Shown here: positions 47,860-56,320 of the stretch, one piece after another
How the letters are laid out: every line of letters starts with the position of its first letter
Numbering within the stretch: position 1 is the stretch's first letter
Source of the DNA: an uncultured Planctomycetales bacterium
GTDB lineage: Bacteria > Omnitrophota > Gorgyraeia > Zapsychrales > Fredricksoniimonadaceae
NCBI GenBank assembly: GCA_964572155.1
Contig: CAZNDZ010000003.1
Location: 138,224 to 202,223 of the forward strand
DNA: 64,000 bases
Direction: 5' to 3'
Made by a program: the position numbers and the translations under genes
Notes under the pieces: model-generated
The model's database searches: none
The model's input: only the letters and a program-made list of their open reading frames with translations
Told to the model about the DNA's origin: nothing

Positions 47860-49260
47860 CTAAAATTGAAAATAAATAAACTCTTGGGCATTCATCACTC
47901 CCCAGCCTATTAATAAATATGTCATCCCTGCGTAAATCACCGTCTTAAGCACCCAGTGTTGTTTAAAAATCACCATTAAATCGTTTGTCTTAGCTTGCCA
48001 AATCTGAACCATTAACAAAGGCCCAATAAATGATATTAACTTTAACCACAAGACGCCTTGCTGACTAAGCTTGAAATTAAAAAATATCGCCTTTAACATC
48101 TCAATAACTTGCCCCATGGATTGAGCTCTAAACAATAACCATCCTAAAACCACAAAATGAAAAAATATGATGACCTTAAAAAATGATCCACCGTGCGCTT
48201 GTGCTTTATCCTTGGTTATAAACCTGTGCGCAATCAATAACAATGCTTGATACGCACCCCAAGCAACAAATGTCCACGCTGCACCGTGCCAAATACCTCC
48301 GAGCAACATGGTCAACAATAAAGCGATGTACATGGTGCGCTTGCCGTTTTGATTCCCACCTAAAGGAATATATACATAATCTCTTAACCACGTCGACAAA
48401 CTAATGTGCCAACGTTTCCAGAATTCTTTTGGATTTGAGGCAAAATAAGGCAAATTAAAGTTAATTGCGATCTCAAAACCCATGCATTTACCCAAACCAC
48501 GCGCCATATTGGAATATCCATCAAAATCACAAAAAATTTGAAAAGCAAACGCATATAATGCCACCATCACAACACCCCCTTCATAAGGACCAGGCGATGC
48601 AAATACAGGATTAACAATTTTAGCTAGATTATCAGCCACAAACATCTTCTCGAACAATCCCCAAAAAAAAAGAAAACATCCTTCATAGACACCGTTTATT
48701 GTAATTGTCCTTGGGGTGACAATCTGGGGCAAGAAGCTCTTGGCACGCATGATGGGTCCCGCCACCAAATGTGGGAAGTAAATGACAAATAATAAGTAAT
48801 CGCCATACTTTTTAGCTGGTTTAATCAAACCGCGGTAAACATCGACGGTGTAACTGATGGCCTCAAATGTATAAAAAGAAATACCTACGGGAAGGATAAT
48901 ATTTAAAACAAAGGTACTTGCCGGAGAGACTAGATGCAAACTTTCAAGTACAAGCGTAACATTCTCAATAAAGAAATTAAAATATTTAAAGAAGCCCAAA
49001 ATCGACAAATTGACAACGATGCTAATAATTAAATACTTTTTCTTATCTTTTAACAATGAGCTTAGCGCAATGCGTTTAGCACAAAAATAATCCACGCTAA
49101 TTGAAATCAACATCAAAGCCAAAAACTTCCAATTCCATGACGCATAAAAGAAACAGCTAGCAACAATTAACAAACGATTCTGCCAGCGATGCTTGAGCAA
49201 CAAATACAGCCCATACACGATTGTGAAAAAAACCAAAAATTTAAAGGAATTGAATATCAT
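47860..49260 (-). CDS. MBOAT family membrane-bound O-acyltransferase (AlgI/DltB/PatA-like); likely start at MIFNSFKF (track start is GTG at 49278)
   Basis: WHISLSTWLRDYVYIPLGGN and GGIWHGAAW hallmark MBOAT motifs with catalytic His. Confidence 0.9.
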   Translation of the reverse strand: MIFNSFKFLVFFTIVYGLYLLLKHRWQNRLLIVASCFFYASWNWKFLALMLISISVDYFCAKRIALSSLLKDKKKYLIISIVVNLSILGFFKYFNFFIENVTLVLESLHLVSPASTFVLNIILPVGISFYTFEAISYTVDVYRGLIKPAKKYGDYLLFVIYFPHLVAGPIMRAKSFLPQIVTPRTITINGVYEGCFLFFWGLFEKMFVADNLAKIVNPVFASPGPYEGGVVMVALYAFAFQIFCDFDGYSNMARGLGKCMGFEIAINFNLPYFASNPKEFWKRWHISLSTWLRDYVYIPLGGNQNGKRTMYIALLLTMLLGGIWHGAAWTFVAWGAYQALLLIAHRFITKDKAQAHGGSFFKVIIFFHFVVLGWLLFRAQSMGQVIEMLKAIFFNFKLSQQGVLWLKLISFIGPLLMVQIWQAKTNDLMVIFKQHWVLKTVIYAGMTYLLIGWGVMNAQEFIYFQF

Positions 49261-49280
49261 ATTTAAAATATAATGCACAC

Positions 49281-49955
49281 ATGCTACAACGCAAAAAGAT
49301 CATCTTTATATGCATATTGTTATGTATCAGCTTAATAACATTATTTTACCTTTCTCCTGAGCAAACATCGCCAATACGCGTTGCATGCGTTGGCGACAGC
49401 ATTACATCGGGTTCCGGAACGCAGGATAGATCACAAGATAGTTACCCTGCCCAGCTCGCACGCATGCTTGGCAAAGACTGGGATGTAAAAAACTTTGGAG
49501 CAAATGATACAAGTATTCTTTCTAAAGCAATAAAACCCTACACAAAAAAACGAGCTTTCAAATTAGCCAAAAGTTTTAAACCACACATTGTAATTATTTG
49601 CCTTGGCACCAATGATTCAAAACCAGAAAATTGGGCACATCATTCAGACTTTACAAATGATTACATAGCATTGATCAAGAAGTTCCAACGCCTACGTTCT
49701 CATCCGCGCATCTTTCTTTGCTTACCGCCCCCAGCTTTTACATCAGCATATGGCATCAATGACTCAATTATTAAAGAACAGATCATCCCTATGATCATAG
49801 ATATTGCCAAAAACACCAATGTCGAAACCTTAGACCTCTATAATGCCTTACAGGACAAACAAGACTTATATTTTGACAAGATTCATCCCAACACGCAAGG
49901 TTACACCATCATTGCCGAAAAAATCCACGATTTGCTCACCAAAAAACTCAATTAA
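49281..49955 (+). CDS. Secreted SGNH/GDSL hydrolase (O-acetyl esterase, Ape-like)
   Basis: Signal peptide; ACVGDSITSG block I, GTNDS block III, DKIHP block V. Confidence 0.8.
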   Translation: MLQRKKIIFICILLCISLITLFYLSPEQTSPIRVACVGDSITSGSGTQDRSQDSYPAQLARMLGKDWDVKNFGANDTSILSKAIKPYTKKRAFKLAKSFKPHIVIICLGTNDSKPENWAHHSDFTNDYIALIKKFQRLRSHPRIFLCLPPPAFTSAYGINDSIIKEQIIPMIIDIAKNTNVETLDLYNALQDKQDLYFDKIHPNTQGYTIIAEKIHDLLTKKLN

Positions 49956-51531
49956 CATTTAACTTCATGATGTTGTACGACGGGGTTTGCGCAACCACAT
50001 GATAATGTTCTTGGATAAACTGCATGGCATCCTGATAATATTTCCGATTAGATTCAACTTTAAAATGAACTGTATGAAAATAATCTGGCACTTGTTTTAA
50101 ACAAACCGTATATTGTGGCGGCTTTTCCTTCAAAGCTTTCATCCAGCCATTGTGCCAATCAGGGCTAAACCACGACGATGTTACAAGCGCAAAACGCCCC
50201 ACCCATGGGCGATTTACAATAAAATGCATGGCTCCCATTTCAGGATACATCAACATTGGTTCATGAGGCGCTACATGTTGATTTACAAAATCATTAATCC
50301 CGTGAATGTCTTCCGCTTGATCTTTTGGAACAACTAAACCCTTTAATCTGGGAATATCTAAGACAACCGTTTCTTGTCCTTTAAGTGGGCTTTTTCTAAA
50401 GAATAAAAATCTTTTATTAATCCGTTCTACACTAAAGATTAATGAAGAAATCACAATGATCGCTAGAAAAACCACAGCAATCTTTTTACGATAGATCATT
50501 AACGATTCAACCGCTCGTGCCAACAAATAAAATAGAAGAACTTTCTGAGGCTGTAAGGACATTTCAAAGACGCTTGCCCACAAATTTCGAAAGCCTGTCA
50601 CATAGACCATAAAACCATACACAGCAACGGCGGCTGCAGCTTGATCTACCCAATCTAATTGTTTCTTACGCCAACGCCATATCAAATACCCAACAAAAAT
50701 CAAATAACAATATACCGGCGTCATCTGACGAAAGTTTTTATTAATCGGTACAAATAACGCATGCAAAACTTGTCCTATACTAGAAGGAACAGGCTCAGTC
50801 TGAGGAAAAGTATGGAGCATTTCACGGGCAACAACAAGCTGGGTATTCATATATTCAAACCATGCACCATTCATGCCAAGGTAATAATTATATGGCAATA
50901 AGAACGCAAATAACATGATCCAAAATACCATCAATGCCCGACGATTGGCCCACGCTAAAACCACAGTGATCGCAACCCCTAAACAGACGCCAATCTCGAT
51001 GCTGGTTAACCCTGCAATGACGGTTAATGCTGTCATTGCGATCAACCATCCGCGATGCTTAGACTTTAAGAATCGAATTAAACACCACACGGCCAATAAA
51101 CCCCACCCGTAACGCATGCCTCCCCAATACGTGAAAACCACTCTGGGAAATGTTCGAGTGACTAAGACGGGAACAAAAGTATAAAATAACAATCGTGAAG
51201 GGATGATTTCACGCGCAATTAAAACACATGCACATAACGTTATGACTGTTCCGACGTAGAAATACGCGCTTAACACTGCCGCATTTGTTCCAAATACTTT
51301 CATTAACAAGGCAGGTAAATATAAATCCATTGGGGCGCGTAGATAAAAGAAATCCCGATACGGGATTTGACCATCTAAGATGGCGTTTATGCCGGGTAAA
51401 TACAAACCAAGCTCAAATAAATTTATACGTTGATGTAAAAAATACGGATGAAATGTTATCAAACACACAATAAAACAGGCTATCCATGCGTCTGTGCGTG
51501 TTAGAGGCGTCTTAATTAAGTTTTTTACCAT
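49948..51531 (-). CDS. Polytopic membrane protein with C-terminal soluble domain, putative GT-C-like (loop motif GQIPYRDFFY shared with 15068-16603)
   Basis: 527 aa; about 11 TM helices then about 150-aa hydrophilic domain. Confidence 0.45.
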   Translation of the reverse strand: MVKNLIKTPLTRTDAWIACFIVCLITFHPYFLHQRINLFELGLYLPGINAILDGQIPYRDFFYLRAPMDLYLPALLMKVFGTNAAVLSAYFYVGTVITLCACVLIAREIIPSRLLFYTFVPVLVTRTFPRVVFTYWGGMRYGWGLLAVWCLIRFLKSKHRGWLIAMTALTVIAGLTSIEIGVCLGVAITVVLAWANRRALMVFWIMLFAFLLPYNYYLGMNGAWFEYMNTQLVVAREMLHTFPQTEPVPSSIGQVLHALFVPINKNFRQMTPVYCYLIFVGYLIWRWRKKQLDWVDQAAAAVAVYGFMVYVTGFRNLWASVFEMSLQPQKVLLFYLLARAVESLMIYRKKIAVVFLAIIVISSLIFSVERINKRFLFFRKSPLKGQETVVLDIPRLKGLVVPKDQAEDIHGINDFVNQHVAPHEPMLMYPEMGAMHFIVNRPWVGRFALVTSSWFSPDWHNGWMKALKEKPPQYTVCLKQVPDYFHTVHFKVESNRKYYQDAMQFIQEHYHVVAQTPSYNIMKLNVN

Positions 51532-52318
51532 AAACCGCGAATCGTGTGTTGGGGACAGAATAAATTGTGTGCTGCTTAGACAGATCCCTTAAGTAATTAA
51601 AAACTTCTTTATGGATAATGTAATCAAAATCATGCCAGACGATTAAGCCGTTTTCGGAAACCATCTTAAAGGCATTTTCCGAATCCTTCTTTACAAATTC
51701 ATGGGAATGATTTCCGTCGATAAAAACCAAGTCGATCTTCCCATAATACGGACTAAAATCAAACGTGGATGAATCCCCAAACAATTCAACGATCTTATTA
51801 CACAATGGATGATTTTTATAAAATCGCTTGGCTATATTTGCCTGACTTAACTGCATCACCAACATATCATCATAAGAATTCCCCTTGGCTTGTGCTAAAT
51901 CATACCCTGGTGGCAAATCTAATGTATATATTTTACAATCAGACGGGCTATTGACCGCCATGTGAAGCGTTGTAAAACCATTATAGGTGCCAATCTCAAA
52001 AATTGTTTTTGGTGCATATCCGTCGACTATCGTGGCCAAAAAATGAGTCTCCATTGAACGGGTTACTTGCGCTTCTTGATTAAATAAATTACTTTTGGCA
52101 AACAATGTCTTGCTACTTAATTTCTTAAAGAAATCCGTTTCTTCAAAATTCTTCAATCCCCCATGCGATGACTGAAAGAATTCATTTACCGATGAGAAAA
52201 TTGGAAAAAGAAACTGCTTCATCTTCTTAGGATGAACGATCAAATAAAAGAACAAATTGATCAAAACCCATAAAAGATTAACAATCTTTTCAAAATACCA
52301 TCCCAGTTTATTCAACAT
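51512..52318 (-). CDS. Class I SAM-dependent O-methyltransferase (TylF/CmcI, Methyltransf_24-like) with N-terminal TM helix
   Basis: FEIGTYNGFTTL motif I, IDGNHSHE. Confidence 0.65.
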   Translation of the reverse strand: MLNKLGWYFEKIVNLLWVLINLFFYLIVHPKKMKQFLFPIFSSVNEFFQSSHGGLKNFEETDFFKKLSSKTLFAKSNLFNQEAQVTRSMETHFLATIVDGYAPKTIFEIGTYNGFTTLHMAVNSPSDCKIYTLDLPPGYDLAQAKGNSYDDMLVMQLSQANIAKRFYKNHPLCNKIVELFGDSSTFDFSPYYGKIDLVFIDGNHSHEFVKKDSENAFKMVSENGLIVWHDFDYIIHKEVFNYLRDLSKQHTIYSVPNTRFAVYGKKLN

Positions 52319-52321
52319 AAC

Positions 52322-53401
52322 TTACGTAACAACTTTCTTATAAACTTCATGTGTTTCTCGTGCAGTTTTCTCAAATGAAAAATCTAAAGCCCTTTTTAAA
52401 GCTTTTGATTTATAAGAGGCGCGCAAATCCGAATCTCCTAAAATACGCTGTAACATGCTAGCTATAGTCGATGGATCATTAGGATCAATTAATAATGCCG
52501 CATCTTTGGCAATCTCCCCACAACTCGAAAGTGAAGAACTCACCACACATGCCCCTGCGGCAAATGCCTCTATAATCGGAAAACCAAACCCTTCATAAAA
52601 AGACGGAAATACAAATGCTGTGCAGGTATTATAAAGGAAATTAAGCTCTTGATCACTGATAAATCCCGTAAAGATCACCTGAGACTCGAGCCCCATCTCT
52701 TTAATTTTCGCCGCAACATCGTCACTCTTCCATCCTTGCATCCCAACTACAACCAAAGGCACCTTAGTTTTTGACTCCGCCATAGCATGAACCAATCCTA
52801 ATAAATTCTTGCGTGGTTCAATAGTGCCAACAAATAATAAAAAGTCACCCTGTATGTTTTTTGTCTTTAAGAAATTCTTTGCCTGAGATAAATCTTTAAG
52901 GGCATGAAAAATATCATGATCAACACCATTATGCACAACACAAGAACGTTCTTTTGGAAATTCAAAGAAGCGATGCAGATCACTGCGTGTACTCTCTGAA
53001 ACGCAAATGATCCGATCAGCACGTGCCACAATCCCCTGCATATACTTTTCGGTTAGATCTATGGTTTCTTGAGTATGACTTTGCGGATATGTCCGATAAA
53101 TCATATCGTGGATGGTCACCACAACTTTACCGTTGAAGCTTTCTATGTCGGCAGGACTGGGCAAGTGATACAAATCACCCCAAGGCAGAGGCCTTGAAGA
53201 ATGATGAATGACACGATGAAAATTGGGATAATTAAAACGTGGGAGCTTACGTTTAAAATCAAAACGCTTCTTTTGCGCATAAAGCATGTAATCATTGCTG
53301 GCGTCCATCTTGCCTAATTGATCGATCAAATTGTACGTATAGCGTCCAATGCCCGTACGGTTACTTAAAAGAATCGATCGGCAGTTAACAACAATGCGCA
53401 T
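52322..53401 (-). CDS. GT4 family (GT-B fold) glycosyltransferase
   Basis: FVGTIEPRKN and EGFGFPIIEAFAAG EX7E motif. Confidence 0.85.
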   Translation of the reverse strand: MRIVVNCRSILLSNRTGIGRYTYNLIDQLGKMDASNDYMLYAQKKRFDFKRKLPRFNYPNFHRVIHHSSRPLPWGDLYHLPSPADIESFNGKVVVTIHDMIYRTYPQSHTQETIDLTEKYMQGIVARADRIICVSESTRSDLHRFFEFPKERSCVVHNGVDHDIFHALKDLSQAKNFLKTKNIQGDFLLFVGTIEPRKNLLGLVHAMAESKTKVPLVVVGMQGWKSDDVAAKIKEMGLESQVIFTGFISDQELNFLYNTCTAFVFPSFYEGFGFPIIEAFAAGACVVSSSLSSCGEIAKDAALLIDPNDPSTIASMLQRILGDSDLRASYKSKALKRALDFSFEKTARETHEVYKKVVT

Positions 53402-53406
53402 GCGCT

Positions 53407-54600
53407 TTAAACTGAATACCCTTTGCTTTTTAAGAATTTACCAACCACGTCGATCACATGGTCCATCTGTGAAATTTCAATGTCTTGATGGCAGCCGATG
53501 TGGGTTCCGTTGTCAGAACAGAATTCTGTTTCTGGGAAATCACCTAACTTATGACCCATGAATGCATAGCTTGGGGTTTGTGTGGGGATGGAATAGAACA
53601 AATTACGGGAATCAACACCTTCTTTCTCAAGATAGGTGACAAATTCATCTTTGGTAAATTTCATCCCTGGGCGCACGATCATGGAGAATGCATGAGGGCC
53701 TAATTTTTCATGGGCATCTTCTTGAACATAGATAAAATATTTCTCAAATTGCTTAAAGTGCTTGATCAAATATAAGATATTGCGACGACGTTTTTCTAAG
53801 ATGTCATGAAAAATTTCAATATTACCTAAACCCACCGCAGCTTCAATCTCATTCATCTTGGCAGAGAATCCAATACGCTCAAAACGGAATTTACCGTCGA
53901 TGCCATGATTACGCAAACTAGCAGCTGCCTTCGCCATTTGTTCATTGTTGGTGATGATCATGCCACCTTCGATCGTTGTAACAATGTGTGCAGCATATAA
54001 TGAGAAACATGCCATATCACCGATGGCACCAATTTTTTTGCCATTATATTCAGCACCATGTGCTTCGGCGGCATCTTCAATCACATACAATTTATGTTTT
54101 TTAGCGATGGCCATGATTTGATCCATCGCCGCAGGTTTTCCCATCAAATGTACGGGCATGATCGCGCGCGTGCGTGGGGTGATCGCGGCTTCTATCTTAT
54201 CGGGATCAATATTTAGCGTATTGCGATTCACGTCGACAAACACTGGTTTGAAACCTGCTTGCAACACCGCATTGCCTGTTGCCACAAAGGTTAATGCAGG
54301 GATGATAATCTCATCACCACGCTTGGCGCCAAAATCATATAAGACCGCACAGGCAATAGCATCAGCATCTGTTCCAGATGATACAGCAATCCCATATTTC
54401 ACGCCAAAGGTCGCGGCAAATCTTTCTTCAAACTCTTTTACATATTTACCCTTGGTTAACCATTTTTCGGCAATGGCCACATCGATTAACTTCTTGGCTT
54501 TTTCAGTGATCGACACTGTTCCAAATGGAACCTTATAATTGGCCTTCTTCGCTTCTTGTCCGTCGGAAATCGCGGTTGCTTTATTAAAATCTGTTTTCAT
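53407..54600 (-). CDS. DegT-fold PLP/PMP enzyme with His replacing the Schiff-base Lys: NDP-4-keto-6-deoxy-sugar 3-dehydratase (ColD/E1-like) rather than aminotransferase
   Basis: ACFSLYAAHIVTTIEGG, His205 (codon at 53986-53988) aligned to Lys of 42549-43649 and to the active-site His of ColD/E1. Confidence 0.65.
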   Translation of the reverse strand: MKTDFNKATAISDGQEAKKANYKVPFGTVSITEKAKKLIDVAIAEKWLTKGKYVKEFEERFAATFGVKYGIAVSSGTDADAIACAVLYDFGAKRGDEIIIPALTFVATGNAVLQAGFKPVFVDVNRNTLNIDPDKIEAAITPRTRAIMPVHLMGKPAAMDQIMAIAKKHKLYVIEDAAEAHGAEYNGKKIGAIGDMACFSLYAAHIVTTIEGGMIITNNEQMAKAAASLRNHGIDGKFRFERIGFSAKMNEIEAAVGLGNIEIFHDILEKRRRNILYLIKHFKQFEKYFIYVQEDAHEKLGPHAFSMIVRPGMKFTKDEFVTYLEKEGVDSRNLFYSIPTQTPSYAFMGHKLGDFPETEFCSDNGTHIGCHQDIEISQMDHVIDVVGKFLKSKGYSV

Positions 54601-55310
54601 TTAAGCTCCTTCAAGTGTTCTTGGGCCCACGCATAACGTTCTGGGGTGCCGATATCAATAAACTTATTTTGAACTTCAAACCCATAAAATCCTTGTTCTA
54701 CCAAGTGTGGGAAAAAGTCATATTCAATTGAGAACTTCTCAGGGGTTTTAACCAAATCAAAAACATTGCGGTTAAAACAATACGTACCTGTATTAATCAA
54801 AGCAGATTTCACCTCGGGTTGTTTTTCTTTAAAAGCGGTGATCTTGCTTTTACCGTCTACTTCGATCGTACCATAATCCCGCGCATCATCTAAACGTGTA
54901 ACGGCAATCGTTGCTTGTGCATGATTGTCATCATGAAACATGACAAGCTGATTATAATCGATCACGCAAAAACAGTCACCGTTCATCGCCAGAAATTTGT
55001 CTGTTTTAACTAACCCAGATCCCTTCTTAATAGCACCACCGGTACCAAGTGGCGTCTCTTCTCGGGAAAAAACCAACTCTAAATTTTTATGTGCTCCCTG
55101 CAAATGACGCTCAACAGCTTCTGCGCCATGGCCTGTGCATAAAATAAAACGGCGGCCACCAAAGGACGCCAAATATTCAATCAAAATAGAAATAAAGGGC
55201 TTATCACCAACTTGAACCAACACTTTCTGCTGGCCCCCTGTGACTGACGCTAATCGCTTGCCTAAACCACCGGCTAAAATGACTATATCAACATTAGATA
55301 AACGCGACAT
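54597..55310 (-). CDS. Sugar-1-phosphate nucleotidyltransferase, HddC-like (D-glycero-alpha-D-manno-heptose-1-phosphate guanylyltransferase)
   Basis: 237 aa; IVILAGGLGKRL N-terminal NTP-transferase motif; size and context with HddA. Confidence 0.7.
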   Translation of the reverse strand: MSRLSNVDIVILAGGLGKRLASVTGGQQKVLVQVGDKPFISILIEYLASFGGRRFILCTGHGAEAVERHLQGAHKNLELVFSREETPLGTGGAIKKGSGLVKTDKFLAMNGDCFCVIDYNQLVMFHDDNHAQATIAVTRLDDARDYGTIEVDGKSKITAFKEKQPEVKSALINTGTYCFNRNVFDLVKTPEKFSIEYDFFPHLVEQGFYGFEVQNKFIDIGTPERYAWAQEHLKELK

Positions 55311-55312
55311 GA

Positions 55313-56311
55313 TTATTTAACAACGCCTGTATCTGGCTGGAAGAAAATAATTTGACTGCCTAAATTCTCAAACTTGATCGGGACTTCTAATAATTTCTTT
55401 AACGCACTACGCACTTTATCTTGTTTATGTGGTTGCACGAAAAGCAGCACAAAGCCACCACCGCCAGCACCTAAAAGTTTACCGCCAATAGCTCCTGCGC
55501 GGATGGCTGTGGCGTACATGTCATCGATATTATCCGTTGATATTTTATCTGACAATGTGCGTTTTAATTTCCAACTCTCATCTAACAATTTGCCGAATTT
55601 TAAAATGTTTTTACCATTTAAGATCTCAAGCGCTTCGCCTGCCATTTCATACATACGGCCAAGCTCTTGTTTTTTATTTGGAATGTTCTTAATTTGATGT
55701 TGTGCGATTTGAGACGCTGTTCTCGAAAATCCGGTAAAGAACAACATCAGATGATCTTGCAATAAATTTAATTTCTCAATGGGCAACGTCACCGGTTGAA
55801 CGCGCAAATGATTCTGCCCACCAAACTCAATGTAATTAAAACCACCGTATGCCGCCAACATTTGATCTTGGCATCCGACATTTTCTTTAATCATATCTTG
55901 TTCAATGTGAATCGCTTCTTTGGCCAATTGTTCTTTGGTTGTCATGCGACCTTTAAGCGCATAGAGCGAATTTAACAATCCGACGGTAAATGACGAACTG
56001 GAGCCTAAACCGGTACGCGCTGGTAAATCCCCATCATGATGAATTTCAACGCCTTCTTTAATTTTAAGGTAACGTAAGACTTCGCGAACAGAAGGGTGAT
56101 CAATGTCATTGATGCCGTGCACATGTTCCATCTTGGAATAGATGATGCGGCTCTTATGTTCAAAGAATGGTGGCAAATAACGGCAGCTGATATAACAATA
56201 CTTATCAATGGTGGTGGCCAAGACAGCGCCTTTATGTTCATTAAACCAACCATTGTAATCAGTTCCGCCGCCAAAGAAAGACATGCGAAACGGTGTGCGT
56301 GAAATAATCAT
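55313..56311 (-). CDS. hddA: GHMP kinase, D-glycero-alpha-D-manno-heptose 7-phosphate kinase HddA-like
   Basis: MIISRTPFRMSFFGGGTD N-terminus nearly identical to HddA consensus MIISRTPLRISFAGGGTD; GHMP motif PARTGLGSSSS. Confidence 0.75.
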   Translation of the reverse strand: MIISRTPFRMSFFGGGTDYNGWFNEHKGAVLATTIDKYCYISCRYLPPFFEHKSRIIYSKMEHVHGINDIDHPSVREVLRYLKIKEGVEIHHDGDLPARTGLGSSSSFTVGLLNSLYALKGRMTTKEQLAKEAIHIEQDMIKENVGCQDQMLAAYGGFNYIEFGGQNHLRVQPVTLPIEKLNLLQDHLMLFFTGFSRTASQIAQHQIKNIPNKKQELGRMYEMAGEALEILNGKNILKFGKLLDESWKLKRTLSDKISTDNIDDMYATAIRAGAIGGKLLGAGGGGFVLLFVQPHKQDKVRSALKKLLEVPIKFENLGSQIIFFQPDTGVVK

Positions 56312-56320
56312 AAGATATAA

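Noticed and set aside
54158-54538. 126-aa plus-strand ORF
   Set aside because: Antisense to the DegT-fold gene whose frame is supported by conserved motifs.
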